A DNA stretch of 64,000 nucleotides. It comes from an uncultured Peptococcaceae bacterium. GTDB taxonomy: Bacteria > Bacillota > Dehalobacteriia > UBA4068 > UBA4997. Shown here piece by piece: positions 38,535 to 47,893 of the stretch. Position 1 is the stretch's first letter. Each line of letters begins with the position of its first letter. The notes beneath the pieces are model-generated. The model made no database searches and was not told the origin of the DNA. It saw nothing but the letters and a program-made list of their open reading frames with translations. The position numbers and the translations under genes are program-made. The stretch covers positions 2,531 to 66,530 of the forward strand of contig CANQPG010000005.1 in NCBI GenBank assembly GCA_947625705.1. The letters run 5' to 3'.

Positions 38535-39476
38535 TTAGCCCCGCAGCTTCTTCATATCGTAGCCCAGGCTTTTCAGCAGCAGCGGGTCGTCGCGCCAATC
38601 CTTTTTCACCTTGACGCGCAGCTCCAGATACACCTGCTCGTCGAAAAGCCCCTCGATCTCCGCCCGCGCCGCCCGGCCGATCTCCCGCAGCATGGCGCCG
38701 CCCTTGCCGATGATAATGCCTTTCTGGCTGTCGCGCTCCACGTAGATGAACGCCTCCAGATAAAGCATACCGTTTTCACGCCGCTGATATTGGTTCAGCG
38801 TCACCGCCACGGCGTGGGGTATCTCCTCCCGCGTTTGCAGAAATATCTTCTCGCGGATAATTTCGGCCATGATCTGCCGCTCCGGCTGGTCGGTCACCTG
38901 CTCGGCGTCATAATAGCGCGGCCCCGCCGGCAGCGCCGCATAGATAGCCTCCAACAGCTCGTCCACGCCGTCGCCGTCTTTAGCGGAAATGGCGAAAATT
39001 TTTGCCCCCGGCAGCTTTTCGGCGTAAACCGCCCGCGCCGCCGCCAAAGCCTGCCCGTCCAGCAGATCGAGCTTGTTCAGCAGCAGAAAAACCGGCGTTT
39101 TCTGCGCCAAAAGCTGCTTGCAGATATACGCCTCGCCGCCGCCGAACGGCACCGAAGCGTCCACCAGATAGCAGATGATATCCACGTCGCCGAACGTCAG
39201 CGTTGCCGCCTGGTTCATATATTCGCCCAGCTTATGCCCGGCCTTGTGGATACCGGGCGTGTCAAAAAACACCGCCTGCATACGCTCGTCGGTGTAAATG
39301 CCCTGAATTTTAGTGCGGGTGGTCTGCGGCTTATCCGAAACGATCGCCACTTTCTGCCCCAGCACCCGGTTTAAGAGAGTGCTTTTGCCGGCGTTCGGCC
39401 GCCCCACCAGCGCCACAAAGCCGGATTTATAGCCCGCCGGCTCCGCCTTATGCCCGAAATATGCGTCCAGATCCAT
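38535..39476 (-). CDS. era: GTPase Era
   Basis: G1 GRPNAGKST, G3 DTPG, G4 NKLD and a C-terminal KH domain. Confidence 0.9.
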   Translation of the reverse strand: MDLDAYFGHKAEPAGYKSGFVALVGRPNAGKSTLLNRVLGQKVAIVSDKPQTTRTKIQGIYTDERMQAVFFDTPGIHKAGHKLGEYMNQAATLTFGDVDIICYLVDASVPFGGGEAYICKQLLAQKTPVFLLLNKLDLLDGQALAAARAVYAEKLPGAKIFAISAKDGDGVDELLEAIYAALPAGPRYYDAEQVTDQPERQIMAEIIREKIFLQTREEIPHAVAVTLNQYQRRENGMLYLEAFIYVERDSQKGIIIGKGGAMLREIGRAARAEIEGLFDEQVYLELRVKVKKDWRDDPLLLKSLGYDMKKLRG

Positions 39477-39488
39477 AATTATCCCTGC

Positions 39489-39971
39489 CTATCGCGTAAT
39501 GCCCAGCGCCGAAAGCACCTCGCGCTGACGGGCAAACTGCTGCTCCTCCGCCTGCGCGGATAGCTCGTGGTCATAACCCAGCAGGTGCAGCAGGCCATGC
39601 ACGAACAGGAAGCAGAATTCCCGCTTTTGGCTGTGGCCAAACTCCCGCGCCTGCGCCGCCATCTGCGGCATTGATATCACGATATCGCCCAGCGTCGCCC
39701 CCGCCGGTATCGGCTCGTCACACAAAAACTGCGGGAATGAAAGCACGTCGGTCGGTCTATCCACGCCGCGGAATTCCCGGTTCAGCTGATGTATGCCGGG
39801 GGCATCGGTCAGCGTCAGCGAAACCTCCAGCCCCGCGGGAATACTCCCCGCCGGGCGTATGCCACGCCCCAGATTTTCGGTCAAAAGCGTCTCCGCGCCC
39901 ACGGCCAGCAGCGCCGCCGCCCAGCTTTTCGGCAGCAGCGTTTTGGTCTCATTGCTCAAAATCAGCTTCAT
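39489..39971 (-). CDS. ybeY: rRNA maturation endoribonuclease YbeY
   Basis: 160 aa with the HGLLHLLGYDH zinc-binding motif. Confidence 0.9.
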   Translation of the reverse strand: MKLILSNETKTLLPKSWAAALLAVGAETLLTENLGRGIRPAGSIPAGLEVSLTLTDAPGIHQLNREFRGVDRPTDVLSFPQFLCDEPIPAGATLGDIVISMPQMAAQAREFGHSQKREFCFLFVHGLLHLLGYDHELSAQAEEQQFARQREVLSALGITR

Positions 39972-42265
39972 GCGTCTTCACTTTCCGCCGCCGGTTTTGC
40001 GTCGGCAGTTTTTTCGGCGGCTTTCTCGGCAGTTTTATCGGCAGCCTTTTCCGAATTCTTTTCGGCGGCTTTTTCGGCTTCTTTTTCCGCCTTTTTCGTC
40101 TTGGCGGCCAGCTCCTTGGCGAGCTGCTCCGGATAAGGCAGACGGTAATGCTTCGCCCCGGCCAGAATGGTGGCAAACGCCGACGCGATCACGTCCAGAT
40201 CGCGGAAAGTCAGCGCGCACTGGTTCAGCTGGCCGTCGTTCAATTTCCCCTTGATGATATCGCGCACCATGCCCTCGATCTGCCCCGGCGTGGGCGCGGT
40301 CATCGACTGCACCGCCGCCTGGCAGCTGTCCGCCAGCATCACCAGCGCGGCCTCGCGCGTCTGGGGGATCGGCCCGGGATAGCGGTAATCCTCCTCGCGC
40401 ACTGGCGCGGTCTCGATATCCTGCGCCTTGGCGGCCTCCTGCGCCTTGTTGTAAAAGCCTTTCACCAGACTGGTGCCGTGGTGCTGCTCGATAATGTCGA
40501 TAATTTCTTTCGGCAGCTTATAGCTTCGCGCGATATCCGCGCCCTCCTTGGTGTGGGACGTGATAATGAACGTGCTTAAGCTGGGCTGCAATTTGTCGTG
40601 CGGGTTTTCGCCCGGCTTCTGGTTCTCCACAAAGAAGTTGGGGCGCTTCATCTTGCCGATATCGTGGAAATATGACGCGACGCGCACCAAAAGGCCGTCC
40701 GCGCCGATCCTGTCCGCCGCCGCCTCGGCCAAATTGCCCACCAGAATACTGTGGTTATAGGTGCCGGGTGCTTCCACCATCAGCTTTTTCAGCAGCGGGT
40801 GGTTGATATTGGAAAGCTCCATCAGGCGAATATCGGTGGTGATGGCAAACGCGCTCTCCAAAAGCGGCAGCGTCCCTACCATTAAAATGACGGAGACCAC
40901 GCCGTTAATTAACGACATCAGAAGCGCGATATACAGCGCCGCCCGGTCATAATTCCACATGAAGCACCATGAAACGCTGACCAGCATATACGCAATGGTT
41001 ATATTCGCCACGGCCAGCGCGTAATAGCTGCGCGAGTTCATACGCCCCACCTGCAAAACGCCCACCAGGCCGCCCACCAGCGCCGCGCAGACATATAGCA
41101 TATGCGCGCCGCACATAATGCCGATGAAAACGCTGATGATCAGCGTGGCAAAGATGGCCGTCCGCTTGTTCACCAGCGCCGCCAGCAGCATGGCAAACGC
41201 CGGCACGGGTATGGCCAGCCCCAGCATCCAGTCCGTCGCCAGGGTGGAGTCGAATTTAATCAAGGTGATGACCCGCGCGATCAGCAGCATAACGATGAAC
41301 AGCAGTGCGATCAGGTTGATGTTGCCGACGCCGAGGTTGTTGTCGCCGCTCATCTTGGTGCAGTACATTTGCAGCAGCGCATAGCAGATGATGACCAGCA
41401 GCAGCAGGCCGATATACGCCTGCAAGCCGCTGCCCGGCTGCTGCAAGCCCACGGCCTCCAGCGTTTCCACATCGGCGGCAGTGACCACCGCGCCGCGCGT
41501 AATCAGCAGTTGGCCGGGATAGACCGTGATGGAGATGGGCTGCACGCTGCTGATCGCCTGCGAGATGGCGTCCATTGTCGCCACCTGATCAAACACATGC
41601 GTGGGCTTAAACTCCAGCAGCAGCATGGCCTGGCGCATGAAATTGGCCGCCCGGCCGCTCTGCGCGATGGCGTCGATGTTGGCGCGGCACTGCTCCTCCA
41701 CCTCCGGCAGAGCCGCTTCGTCAAACTCGCCCAGACCGTAGGCCGCGCTGACCGCGTTTTTCAGGCTGTTACGCAGCAGATTTTCGCCCGCGTCGTCCAG
41801 CCCCAGAAAATATTCCAATATCGCCTGGCTCGGCGGCTCGGCCGTCTCACCCTCCGCCGCCGGGGGCGTCAAAAGCTCGTTCAAATCCAGCAGCTTCGCC
41901 TCGTCCGCCGCGTCGGATACCCGCACGGCGTGCAGGGAATCAAACAGCGTATCCACCTGCACCTGCATATCCACGGCAACTTTTTCATCATATTTATAGA
42001 TCTGCTCCACCTCGCCCGCCGCCAGCTGCTGCGCCTGCTCGGTGTAGATCTGGCTGGTAAACGTGGTGGCGGTGCCGAAATAATAGACGTTGCTCGGCGC
42101 GATATCGCCCTCGGCGAGCGAAACTCTGTCCGCGAGAAAGCTGCTGGCCAATATCGCAAAGGTCAGCACGATCATCACCGCAAACCACAACCAGCCCAGC
42201 CGCGTAAAGCCCTGCCGGCGGTCGGCTTCGGCCAAATTGATCTTATTATTGCTCAAAACCGTCAC
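39968..42265 (-). CDS. 7TM-receptor with intracellular HD hydrolase (PgpH/YqfF-like HDIG protein). It has a C-terminal Lys/Glu/Ala-rich repetitive tail.
   Basis: Extracellular domain, a 7TM block, and an HD domain (HSILVGNLAEAAA...YFHDIGK). The tail is AEKEAEKAAEKNSEKAADKTAEKAAEK. Confidence 0.85.
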   Translation of the reverse strand: MTVLSNNKINLAEADRRQGFTRLGWLWFAVMIVLTFAILASSFLADRVSLAEGDIAPSNVYYFGTATTFTSQIYTEQAQQLAAGEVEQIYKYDEKVAVDMQVQVDTLFDSLHAVRVSDAADEAKLLDLNELLTPPAAEGETAEPPSQAILEYFLGLDDAGENLLRNSLKNAVSAAYGLGEFDEAALPEVEEQCRANIDAIAQSGRAANFMRQAMLLLEFKPTHVFDQVATMDAISQAISSVQPISITVYPGQLLITRGAVVTAADVETLEAVGLQQPGSGLQAYIGLLLLVIICYALLQMYCTKMSGDNNLGVGNINLIALLFIVMLLIARVITLIKFDSTLATDWMLGLAIPVPAFAMLLAALVNKRTAIFATLIISVFIGIMCGAHMLYVCAALVGGLVGVLQVGRMNSRSYYALAVANITIAYMLVSVSWCFMWNYDRAALYIALLMSLINGVVSVILMVGTLPLLESAFAITTDIRLMELSNINHPLLKKLMVEAPGTYNHSILVGNLAEAAADRIGADGLLVRVASYFHDIGKMKRPNFFVENQKPGENPHDKLQPSLSTFIITSHTKEGADIARSYKLPKEIIDIIEQHHGTSLVKGFYNKAQEAAKAQDIETAPVREEDYRYPGPIPQTREAALVMLADSCQAAVQSMTAPTPGQIEGMVRDIIKGKLNDGQLNQCALTFRDLDVIASAFATILAGAKHYRLPYPEQLAKELAAKTKKAEKEAEKAAEKNSEKAADKTAEKAAEKTADAKPAAESEDA

Positions 42266-43320
42266 ATCTCTTTCTTGGCGCGCTCAGCCTCCTGCCGCGC
42301 ATACGCCTCGATTATCTTCTGCACCAGCGGGTGGCGCACCACGTCCAGATCGGTCAGATAGCAGAACGCGATCCCCTTGATACCGGAAAGCACCCGCTGC
42401 GCGTCCTTAAGCCCGGAGTGCGCGCCGCTCGGCAGGTCGATCTGGGTAATATCGCCCGTCACCACGGCCTTGCTGTTCTGCCCCATGCGGGTGAGAAACA
42501 TCTTCATCTGGGGCGGCGTGGTGTTCTGCGCCTCGTCCAGAATAATGAACGACGCGTCCAGCGTGCGCCCGCGCATATACGCCAGCGGCACCACCTCGAT
42601 CAGCCCGCGCTCCATATATTTGGCCGCCGTCTCCGCGCCCAATGCGTCGTCCAGCGCGTCATAGATCGGCCGCAGATACGGATTGACCTTTTCCTGAAGA
42701 TCGCCCGGCAGAAAGCCGAGCTTTTCGCCCGCTTCCACCGCCGGGCGCACCAGCACCAGCTTCTTCACCCGGCGCTTTTTCAGCGCGTCCGCCGCCTTGA
42801 TCACCGCCAGATAGGTTTTGCCGGTGCCCGCCGGGCCGATACCGAAAGTGATGTCATGATGATCGATCGCGTCCAGATAAGCATGCTGGCCGTATGACTT
42901 GGCGCGGATCTCCCGCCCTTTGGGGGTCACATATACAGTGCGGGAAAGCTCCGCCACGCCGCCGGGGGCGCCGCCCGCCAGCCGCTGGTCATAAAGCGCC
43001 ATCTGATAGTTCAGCGCCACTTGGTCAAGCTCGCCGCCAGCCGCCGCCAGCGCCAGCAGCTGCTTCAGCACCGCCGCCGCGCGTTCCACCTCGCCGGGGC
43101 GGCCGAAAACCAACAGCTCTGCCCCCCGCGGCACCAGCCGAACGGAGAGCCCCTCCTCCAGCAGCTTCAGCAGCGCGTCACCCTGCCCCAAAAGCTGTTC
43201 CAGCAGCTTATGGTCGGCGGGCACGGCACAGTTTGCCTCCGCCGCCGGCTCGCGCAGGGGCTGGGCGCTTAAATTCTGCGTATTTGCCAAACCGTTTTTC
43301 GTCAAATTACGTCCTCCCAT
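42262..43320 (-). CDS. phoH: PhoH-like ATPase (PhoH/YqfE). The start is possibly TTG at 43305.
   Basis: Walker A GPAGTGKT and PhoH family motifs. The gene sits upstream of ybeY/era as in many Firmicutes. The GGGAGGA at the nominal ATG suggests that the downstream TTG is the real start. Confidence 0.85.
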   Translation of the reverse strand: MGGRNLTKNGLANTQNLSAQPLREPAAEANCAVPADHKLLEQLLGQGDALLKLLEEGLSVRLVPRGAELLVFGRPGEVERAAAVLKQLLALAAAGGELDQVALNYQMALYDQRLAGGAPGGVAELSRTVYVTPKGREIRAKSYGQHAYLDAIDHHDITFGIGPAGTGKTYLAVIKAADALKKRRVKKLVLVRPAVEAGEKLGFLPGDLQEKVNPYLRPIYDALDDALGAETAAKYMERGLIEVVPLAYMRGRTLDASFIILDEAQNTTPPQMKMFLTRMGQNSKAVVTGDITQIDLPSGAHSGLKDAQRVLSGIKGIAFCYLTDLDVVRHPLVQKIIEAYARQEAERAKKEM

Positions 43321-43352
43321 ATCAACGCAGTATTCCAGACTATACCAATGCT

Positions 43353-43380
43353 ATTATACCACAGGTAAAGCACATTGCAA
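43353..43380 (-). promoter_or_regulatory. Candidate promoter for the phoH-pgpH-ybeY-era-recO-glyQS operon: TTGCAA-16 nt-TGgTATAAT (extended -10)
   Basis: Minus strand: TTGCAAtgtgctttacctgTGGTATAATagc, about 30 nt upstream of phoH. Confidence 0.5.
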
Positions 43381-43414
43381 ATATTTTTATTTTATATGAA
43401 GTGGCGAGATATTA

Positions 43415-43443
43415 TTGACAAATTCGCCCTGTTTGGCTATAAT
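43415..43443 (+). promoter_or_regulatory. Consensus sigma-A promoter for the ABC transporter operon: TTGACA-17 nt-TATAAT
   Basis: Seen directly: atTTGACAaattcgccctgtttggcTATAATttttt, about 70 nt upstream of the substrate-binding protein gene. Confidence 0.55.
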
Positions 43444-43516
43444 TTTTTCAGTATGCTGCCGGTATTGCCATATATACGGCGGTGAAAATCAAACTTTTCA
43501 GGAGGTTGTATAAGAA

Positions 43517-44506
43517 ATGAAGAAACTGGTTAAAATGCTGGCCGTGCTGTGCGCCCTGTGTCTGGCGCTTACCGGCTGCGGCGGCGGCGACACGCAGACC
43601 GCCAACTACAAGATCGGCGTTATGCAGCTGATGGATCACGAGGCGCTGAACCTGGCGCAGGAGGGCTTTATTGCCGCGCTGACCGAGAACGGCTATGTTG
43701 ACGGCGAGAACATCACCCTGCTGCTGGAAAACGGCCAGGGCGACACCAATAACCTCTCGACCATCGCGGACAAGTTTGTATCCGAGAACGTTGATCTGGC
43801 ATTCTGCATTGCCACTCCCTCCACGCAGGCTATGGCTGGCAAGACCACCGAGATCCCGATCGTGGCCACCGCCGTCACCAGCTTCACCGAGGCGGGTCTG
43901 GTTGCTTCCGATGAAGAGCCCGGCGGCAACATCACCGGCACGACGGATATGAACCCCATTTCCGATCAGATCGACCTGATGTTACAGCTGTTCCCCGATG
44001 TGAAAACTGTCGGCTTCCTCTACACCTCGTCCGAGGATAACTCCGTATTGCAGTGCCAGATCGCTAAGGATTATCTGGAGACCAAGGGTATCCAGACCGT
44101 TGAGCGCACCATCACCAACACCAACGATATTCAGCAGGCTACGCAGGCTATCGTCAGCGAGTGCGACGCGATCTATATCCCGACCGATAACAACTTCGCT
44201 TCCGCTATGCCCACTGTGACCGAGGTCACCATGGCTGCCGGGATCCCGACTATCTGCGGCGAGTCTAACATGGTCAAGGGCGGCGGCACCGCCACCGTGG
44301 GTATCACCTACTACGGTATCGGCTATCAGGCCGGCTTGATGGCGATCGATATTCTGGCTAACGGCGCCGACCCGGCTACCATGCCGATCAAGGGCTCCAG
44401 CGAGTTTGAATACTGCCTGAACGGCGACGCGCTGGAAGCTTTGGGCGTAACCGTACCGGAGGATCTGGCGGACTACGTTATCCACCCCTCCACTGACGCT
44501 GAATAA
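43517..44506 (+). CDS. ABC transporter substrate-binding lipoprotein (BMP/ABC_sub_bind family)
   Basis: Lipobox LALTGCGG. Fold typical of PF04392-like binding proteins. It is the first gene of a three-gene ABC operon. Confidence 0.75.
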   Translation: MKKLVKMLAVLCALCLALTGCGGGDTQTANYKIGVMQLMDHEALNLAQEGFIAALTENGYVDGENITLLLENGQGDTNNLSTIADKFVSENVDLAFCIATPSTQAMAGKTTEIPIVATAVTSFTEAGLVASDEEPGGNITGTTDMNPISDQIDLMLQLFPDVKTVGFLYTSSEDNSVLQCQIAKDYLETKGIQTVERTITNTNDIQQATQAIVSECDAIYIPTDNNFASAMPTVTEVTMAAGIPTICGESNMVKGGGTATVGITYYGIGYQAGLMAIDILANGADPATMPIKGSSEFEYCLNGDALEALGVTVPEDLADYVIHPSTDAE

Positions 44507-44591
44507 ACCGAATTTTTAACGCCAAACCGCAGCAAGGAGCAGCAGTCTGCCGCTCCTTGCTGTATATCTTTAACGCGACAAGAGGTTTCCT

Positions 44592-45506
44592 ATGCTTAAC
44601 ATCATTCTGGGCGCGATCGCGCTGGGCTCTCTCTGGGCGGTGATGACGATGGGCGTGTATATCACGTTCCGTCTGCTGGATATCGCCGACCTTTCGGTGG
44701 AGGGCACGCTGGTGACGGGCGCCGCCGTGGGCGCGGTCTGCATAACCGGGGGCATGAACCCCTGGGTGGGGACGCTGCTGGCGCTGCTGGTGGGTCTTAT
44801 CTGCGGCGCGGTCACGGGGCTGCTGCACACCAAACTGAAAATTCCCGCGCTGCTGGCCGGTATTCTGACCATGATCGCGCTGTATTCCGTCAACCTGCGC
44901 ATTATGGGGCGCGCCAACATCGCCCTGTTAAATACGCCCAGCGTGTTCACGCCGCTGGAGAAGCTGCCGTTCATGCCGTGGCTGGCCGAACAGGGCATTA
45001 TGACCAAAAACGTGGCGATCCTGATCTGCGGCGTGCTGATCTGCCTGGTGGTTTCCGCCGTGCTTTATTGGTTCTTCGGCACCGAGCTTGGCTCGGCTAT
45101 CCGCGCCACCGGCAATAACCCGCAGATGGTGCGGGCGCAGGGCGTGAACACCGACACCATGATCCTGCTGGGCTTAATGCTCTCCAACGGTCTGGTGGCC
45201 ATGTCCGGCGCGCTGATCGCCCAGAATCAGTCCTATTCCGACGTGCAGATGGGCACCGGCGCTATCGTCATCGGCCTGGCGTCGGTCATCATCGGCGAGG
45301 TTTTGTTCGGCACCAAATCGTTCAAACGCACGCTGCTTTCGCTGTCGCTGGGCGCCATCACCTACCGCGTGATCATCGCGCTGGTGCTGAAAGCCGGCAT
45401 GCCCGCCAACGATCTGAAGCTGTTTACGGCCATCACGGTGGCGATCTGCCTGGCGCTGCCGCAGATCAAGGCCTGGTGGAACAAACTGAAAGGGGGCAGG
45501 AAGTGA
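44592..45506 (+). CDS. ABC transporter permease (BPD_transp_2-like)
   Basis: 304 aa polytopic membrane protein, adjacent to the substrate-binding protein and the ATPase. Confidence 0.8.
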   Translation: MLNIILGAIALGSLWAVMTMGVYITFRLLDIADLSVEGTLVTGAAVGAVCITGGMNPWVGTLLALLVGLICGAVTGLLHTKLKIPALLAGILTMIALYSVNLRIMGRANIALLNTPSVFTPLEKLPFMPWLAEQGIMTKNVAILICGVLICLVVSAVLYWFFGTELGSAIRATGNNPQMVRAQGVNTDTMILLGLMLSNGLVAMSGALIAQNQSYSDVQMGTGAIVIGLASVIIGEVLFGTKSFKRTLLSLSLGAITYRVIIALVLKAGMPANDLKLFTAITVAICLALPQIKAWWNKLKGGRK

Positions 45507-45507
45507 T

Positions 45508-46302
45508 ATGCTGCAATTAAACGACGTTTATAAAACGTTCAACATCGGCACCATCAACGAAAAGCACGCCCTGTGCGGGCTGAACCTGCACCTGAACCCC
45601 GGCGATTTCACCACCGTCATCGGCGGCAACGGCGCGGGCAAATCCACCATGCTGAACGCCATCTCCGGTGTTTGGCCGATCGATTCCGGTTCCATTATCA
45701 TCAACGGCACCGACGTGACCGCCCTCCCCGAATATAAGCGGGCGGGCTATCTCGGCCGCGTGTTCCAGGATCCGATGCTGGGCACCGCCGCCCAGATGGA
45801 AATTCAGGAAAATCTGGCGCTGGCGCTGCGGCGCGGCAAAAAGCGGACGCTGCGCTGGGGTATCTCCAACGAGGAGCGCGAAAAATACCACGAGCTCTTA
45901 AAAACGCTTGACTTGGGCTTGGAGGATCGGCTGACCACCAAGGTGGGGCTGCTTTCCGGCGGCCAGCGCCAGGCGCTGACCCTGCTGATGGCAACGCTCA
46001 CCAAGCCTGATCTGCTGCTGCTGGACGAACACACCGCCGCGCTTGACCCCAAAACCGCCGCCAAGGTGCTGGAGATTTCCGACCGCATTATTGCGGAGGA
46101 AAAGCTGACCGCGCTGATGGTAACGCACAATATGCGCGACGCGATCGCCCACGGCAACCGCCTGATCATGCTGAAAGACGGCCGGATCATTCTGGATATC
46201 GCCGGCGAGGAAAAGAAACACCTGACCGTGGAAGACCTGCTGGCCAAGTTTGCCAGCGTGGCGGGTGAAGATTTGGACAATGATAGAATGTTGTTAGGCT
46301 AA
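45508..46302 (+). CDS. ABC transporter ATP-binding protein
   Basis: Walker A GGNGAGKST, signature LSGGQRQAL and Walker B LLLDEHTAALD. Confidence 0.85.
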   Translation: MLQLNDVYKTFNIGTINEKHALCGLNLHLNPGDFTTVIGGNGAGKSTMLNAISGVWPIDSGSIIINGTDVTALPEYKRAGYLGRVFQDPMLGTAAQMEIQENLALALRRGKKRTLRWGISNEEREKYHELLKTLDLGLEDRLTTKVGLLSGGQRQALTLLMATLTKPDLLLLDEHTAALDPKTAAKVLEISDRIIAEEKLTALMVTHNMRDAIAHGNRLIMLKDGRIILDIAGEEKKHLTVEDLLAKFASVAGEDLDNDRMLLG

Positions 46303-46405
46303 GAAGTCCAACTGCACATAAAATTTAATGCCTCTGCCTTTTGGCAGGGGCATTTTTATATGGTGAGATAAAAATAAGTGAGAAGAAAAATTTAGAATTT
46401 TTTTT

Positions 46406-46480
46406 GGCGGGGCTCCGATAATACTTTTCCACTTCATGACCTTCGCTAAATCAGTGGAAAAGTATTATCCGAGCCCGCCC
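46406..46480. repeat. Near-perfect 27-bp inverted repeat with a 21-nt loop (large hairpin) in the alr/ABC convergent intergenic region
   Basis: ggcggggctccgataatacttttccactt ...loop... aagtggaaaagtattatccgagcccgcc. Confidence 0.65.
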
Positions 46481-46519
46481 GTGTTGGGCAGTGCAAGAGG
46501 CGGGAAAGTTACCTGTCTT

Positions 46520-46582
46520 ATACCCACCCCAGCAAAAGCGTCAGAGTGCTATCCACCCACCCCAGCAAAAGCGCCAGAGTGC
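46520..46582. repeat. Tandem direct repeat: two copies of ~30 bp (cccaccccagcaaaagcg(t/c)cagagtgc)
   Basis: Seen directly. There are two mismatches between the copies. Confidence 0.6.
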
Positions 46583-46693
46583 GCCAGATACGCGAAGTGG
46601 GCTTGCGCGGCGAGGGAACTGCACTGATAGTGCGTGACCCGAGCCAAACAAGCCCACGACAAAGTAGATGGTGTGCTATGGTCGCTTTTGCCG

Positions 46694-47890
46694 CTATTTG
46701 TTGATATACTTCCTGGGCAGCCTCGGCAGCATCGCGCTCAAAATCTCGTAACTAATGGTGCCGCAGCGCGCCGCGATCTCCTCGGCGTCGATCACCTCGT
46801 CGCCCTGCCGCCCCAGCAGCACCGCCGTATCGCCCACCTTGGCGCCAAGCCCCGTCACGTCCACCATAAACTGATCCATGCAGACCCGCCCGACGATGGG
46901 CGCACGGTGGCCGCGCACCAGCACGCAGCCGTTGTTGCTCATCAAGCGCCGCCAGCCATCGGCATAACCCACCGGAATGGTGGCGATATCCGCTGGAGCG
47001 TCGGTGGTATATGTGCGGCCATAGCTGACCGCCGTCCCCGCGGGCACCCGCTTCACATGCGTCAGCTGCGCCTTAATGCTCATCACCGGGGTAAGAGCAA
47101 GGATACTCCTGTCCACCTCCGCCGAGGGATAATAGCCGTAGAGGATAATGCCCGCGCGCACCATGTCGTGCCGCGCCCGGGGCATTTCCAGCAGCGCCGC
47201 GCTGTTGGCGATGTGCCGGCAGGAAACCTGCACCCCCGCCGCCGCCAGCTTTTCGCTGAACGCGTCAAACGCGGCCAACTGGCTCTCGGCATACGTTTTG
47301 TCCGCTTCGTCCGCCGTGGCAAAGTGCGAGAACATACCCGTAAGCTTAAGATGCGGCAGGTTGGCAATTTTCACCGCCTCGGCCACCGCTTCGTCCGGCT
47401 CATTTTTGACTGAGAGACCGATCCGCCCCATGCCGGTATCCAGCACCAGCTGCACCGCCAGCAGTTCTTCGCAGAAGCCGTTATCGACAAACGGAGCCAC
47501 CAATTCGTCGATAAACTCCGCCGCTTCATACGAGAAAACCGGCACCGTAATGTGGTTTTGCAGCGCAAATATCACATTGACGTCGGCCAGCCCCAGCGGC
47601 GAAAGCAGCATGATCGGCGCTTCGATCCCCGCCGCGCGCAGCTGCATGGCTTCGCCCAGCGTCGCCACTGCCAGCCCCGCCGCGCCCTCCGCCAGCAGGC
47701 ATTCCGCCACCTTTACCGCACCGTGGCCGTAAGCGTCGGCTTTCACCACCGCCGTCACCGGGCAATCGCCCGCCACGCGGCGAATTTCGGCAAAATTGGC
47801 CTTAAGCGCCGCCATATCAACTTCGATCCAGGCCGGGCGGCCACGCATTGCCGCTTCCGCCACCTGCCACATGTTTTCCAGTTCGTCCAT
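46694..47890 (-). CDS. alr: Alanine racemase
   Basis: PLP-binding motif VKADAYGHG. C-terminal sequence VCMDQFMVD. 398 aa. Confidence 0.9.
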   Translation of the reverse strand: MDELENMWQVAEAAMRGRPAWIEVDMAALKANFAEIRRVAGDCPVTAVVKADAYGHGAVKVAECLLAEGAAGLAVATLGEAMQLRAAGIEAPIMLLSPLGLADVNVIFALQNHITVPVFSYEAAEFIDELVAPFVDNGFCEELLAVQLVLDTGMGRIGLSVKNEPDEAVAEAVKIANLPHLKLTGMFSHFATADEADKTYAESQLAAFDAFSEKLAAAGVQVSCRHIANSAALLEMPRARHDMVRAGIILYGYYPSAEVDRSILALTPVMSIKAQLTHVKRVPAGTAVSYGRTYTTDAPADIATIPVGYADGWRRLMSNNGCVLVRGHRAPIVGRVCMDQFMVDVTGLGAKVGDTAVLLGRQGDEVIDAEEIAARCGTISYEILSAMLPRLPRKYINK

Positions 47891-47893
47891 CGC

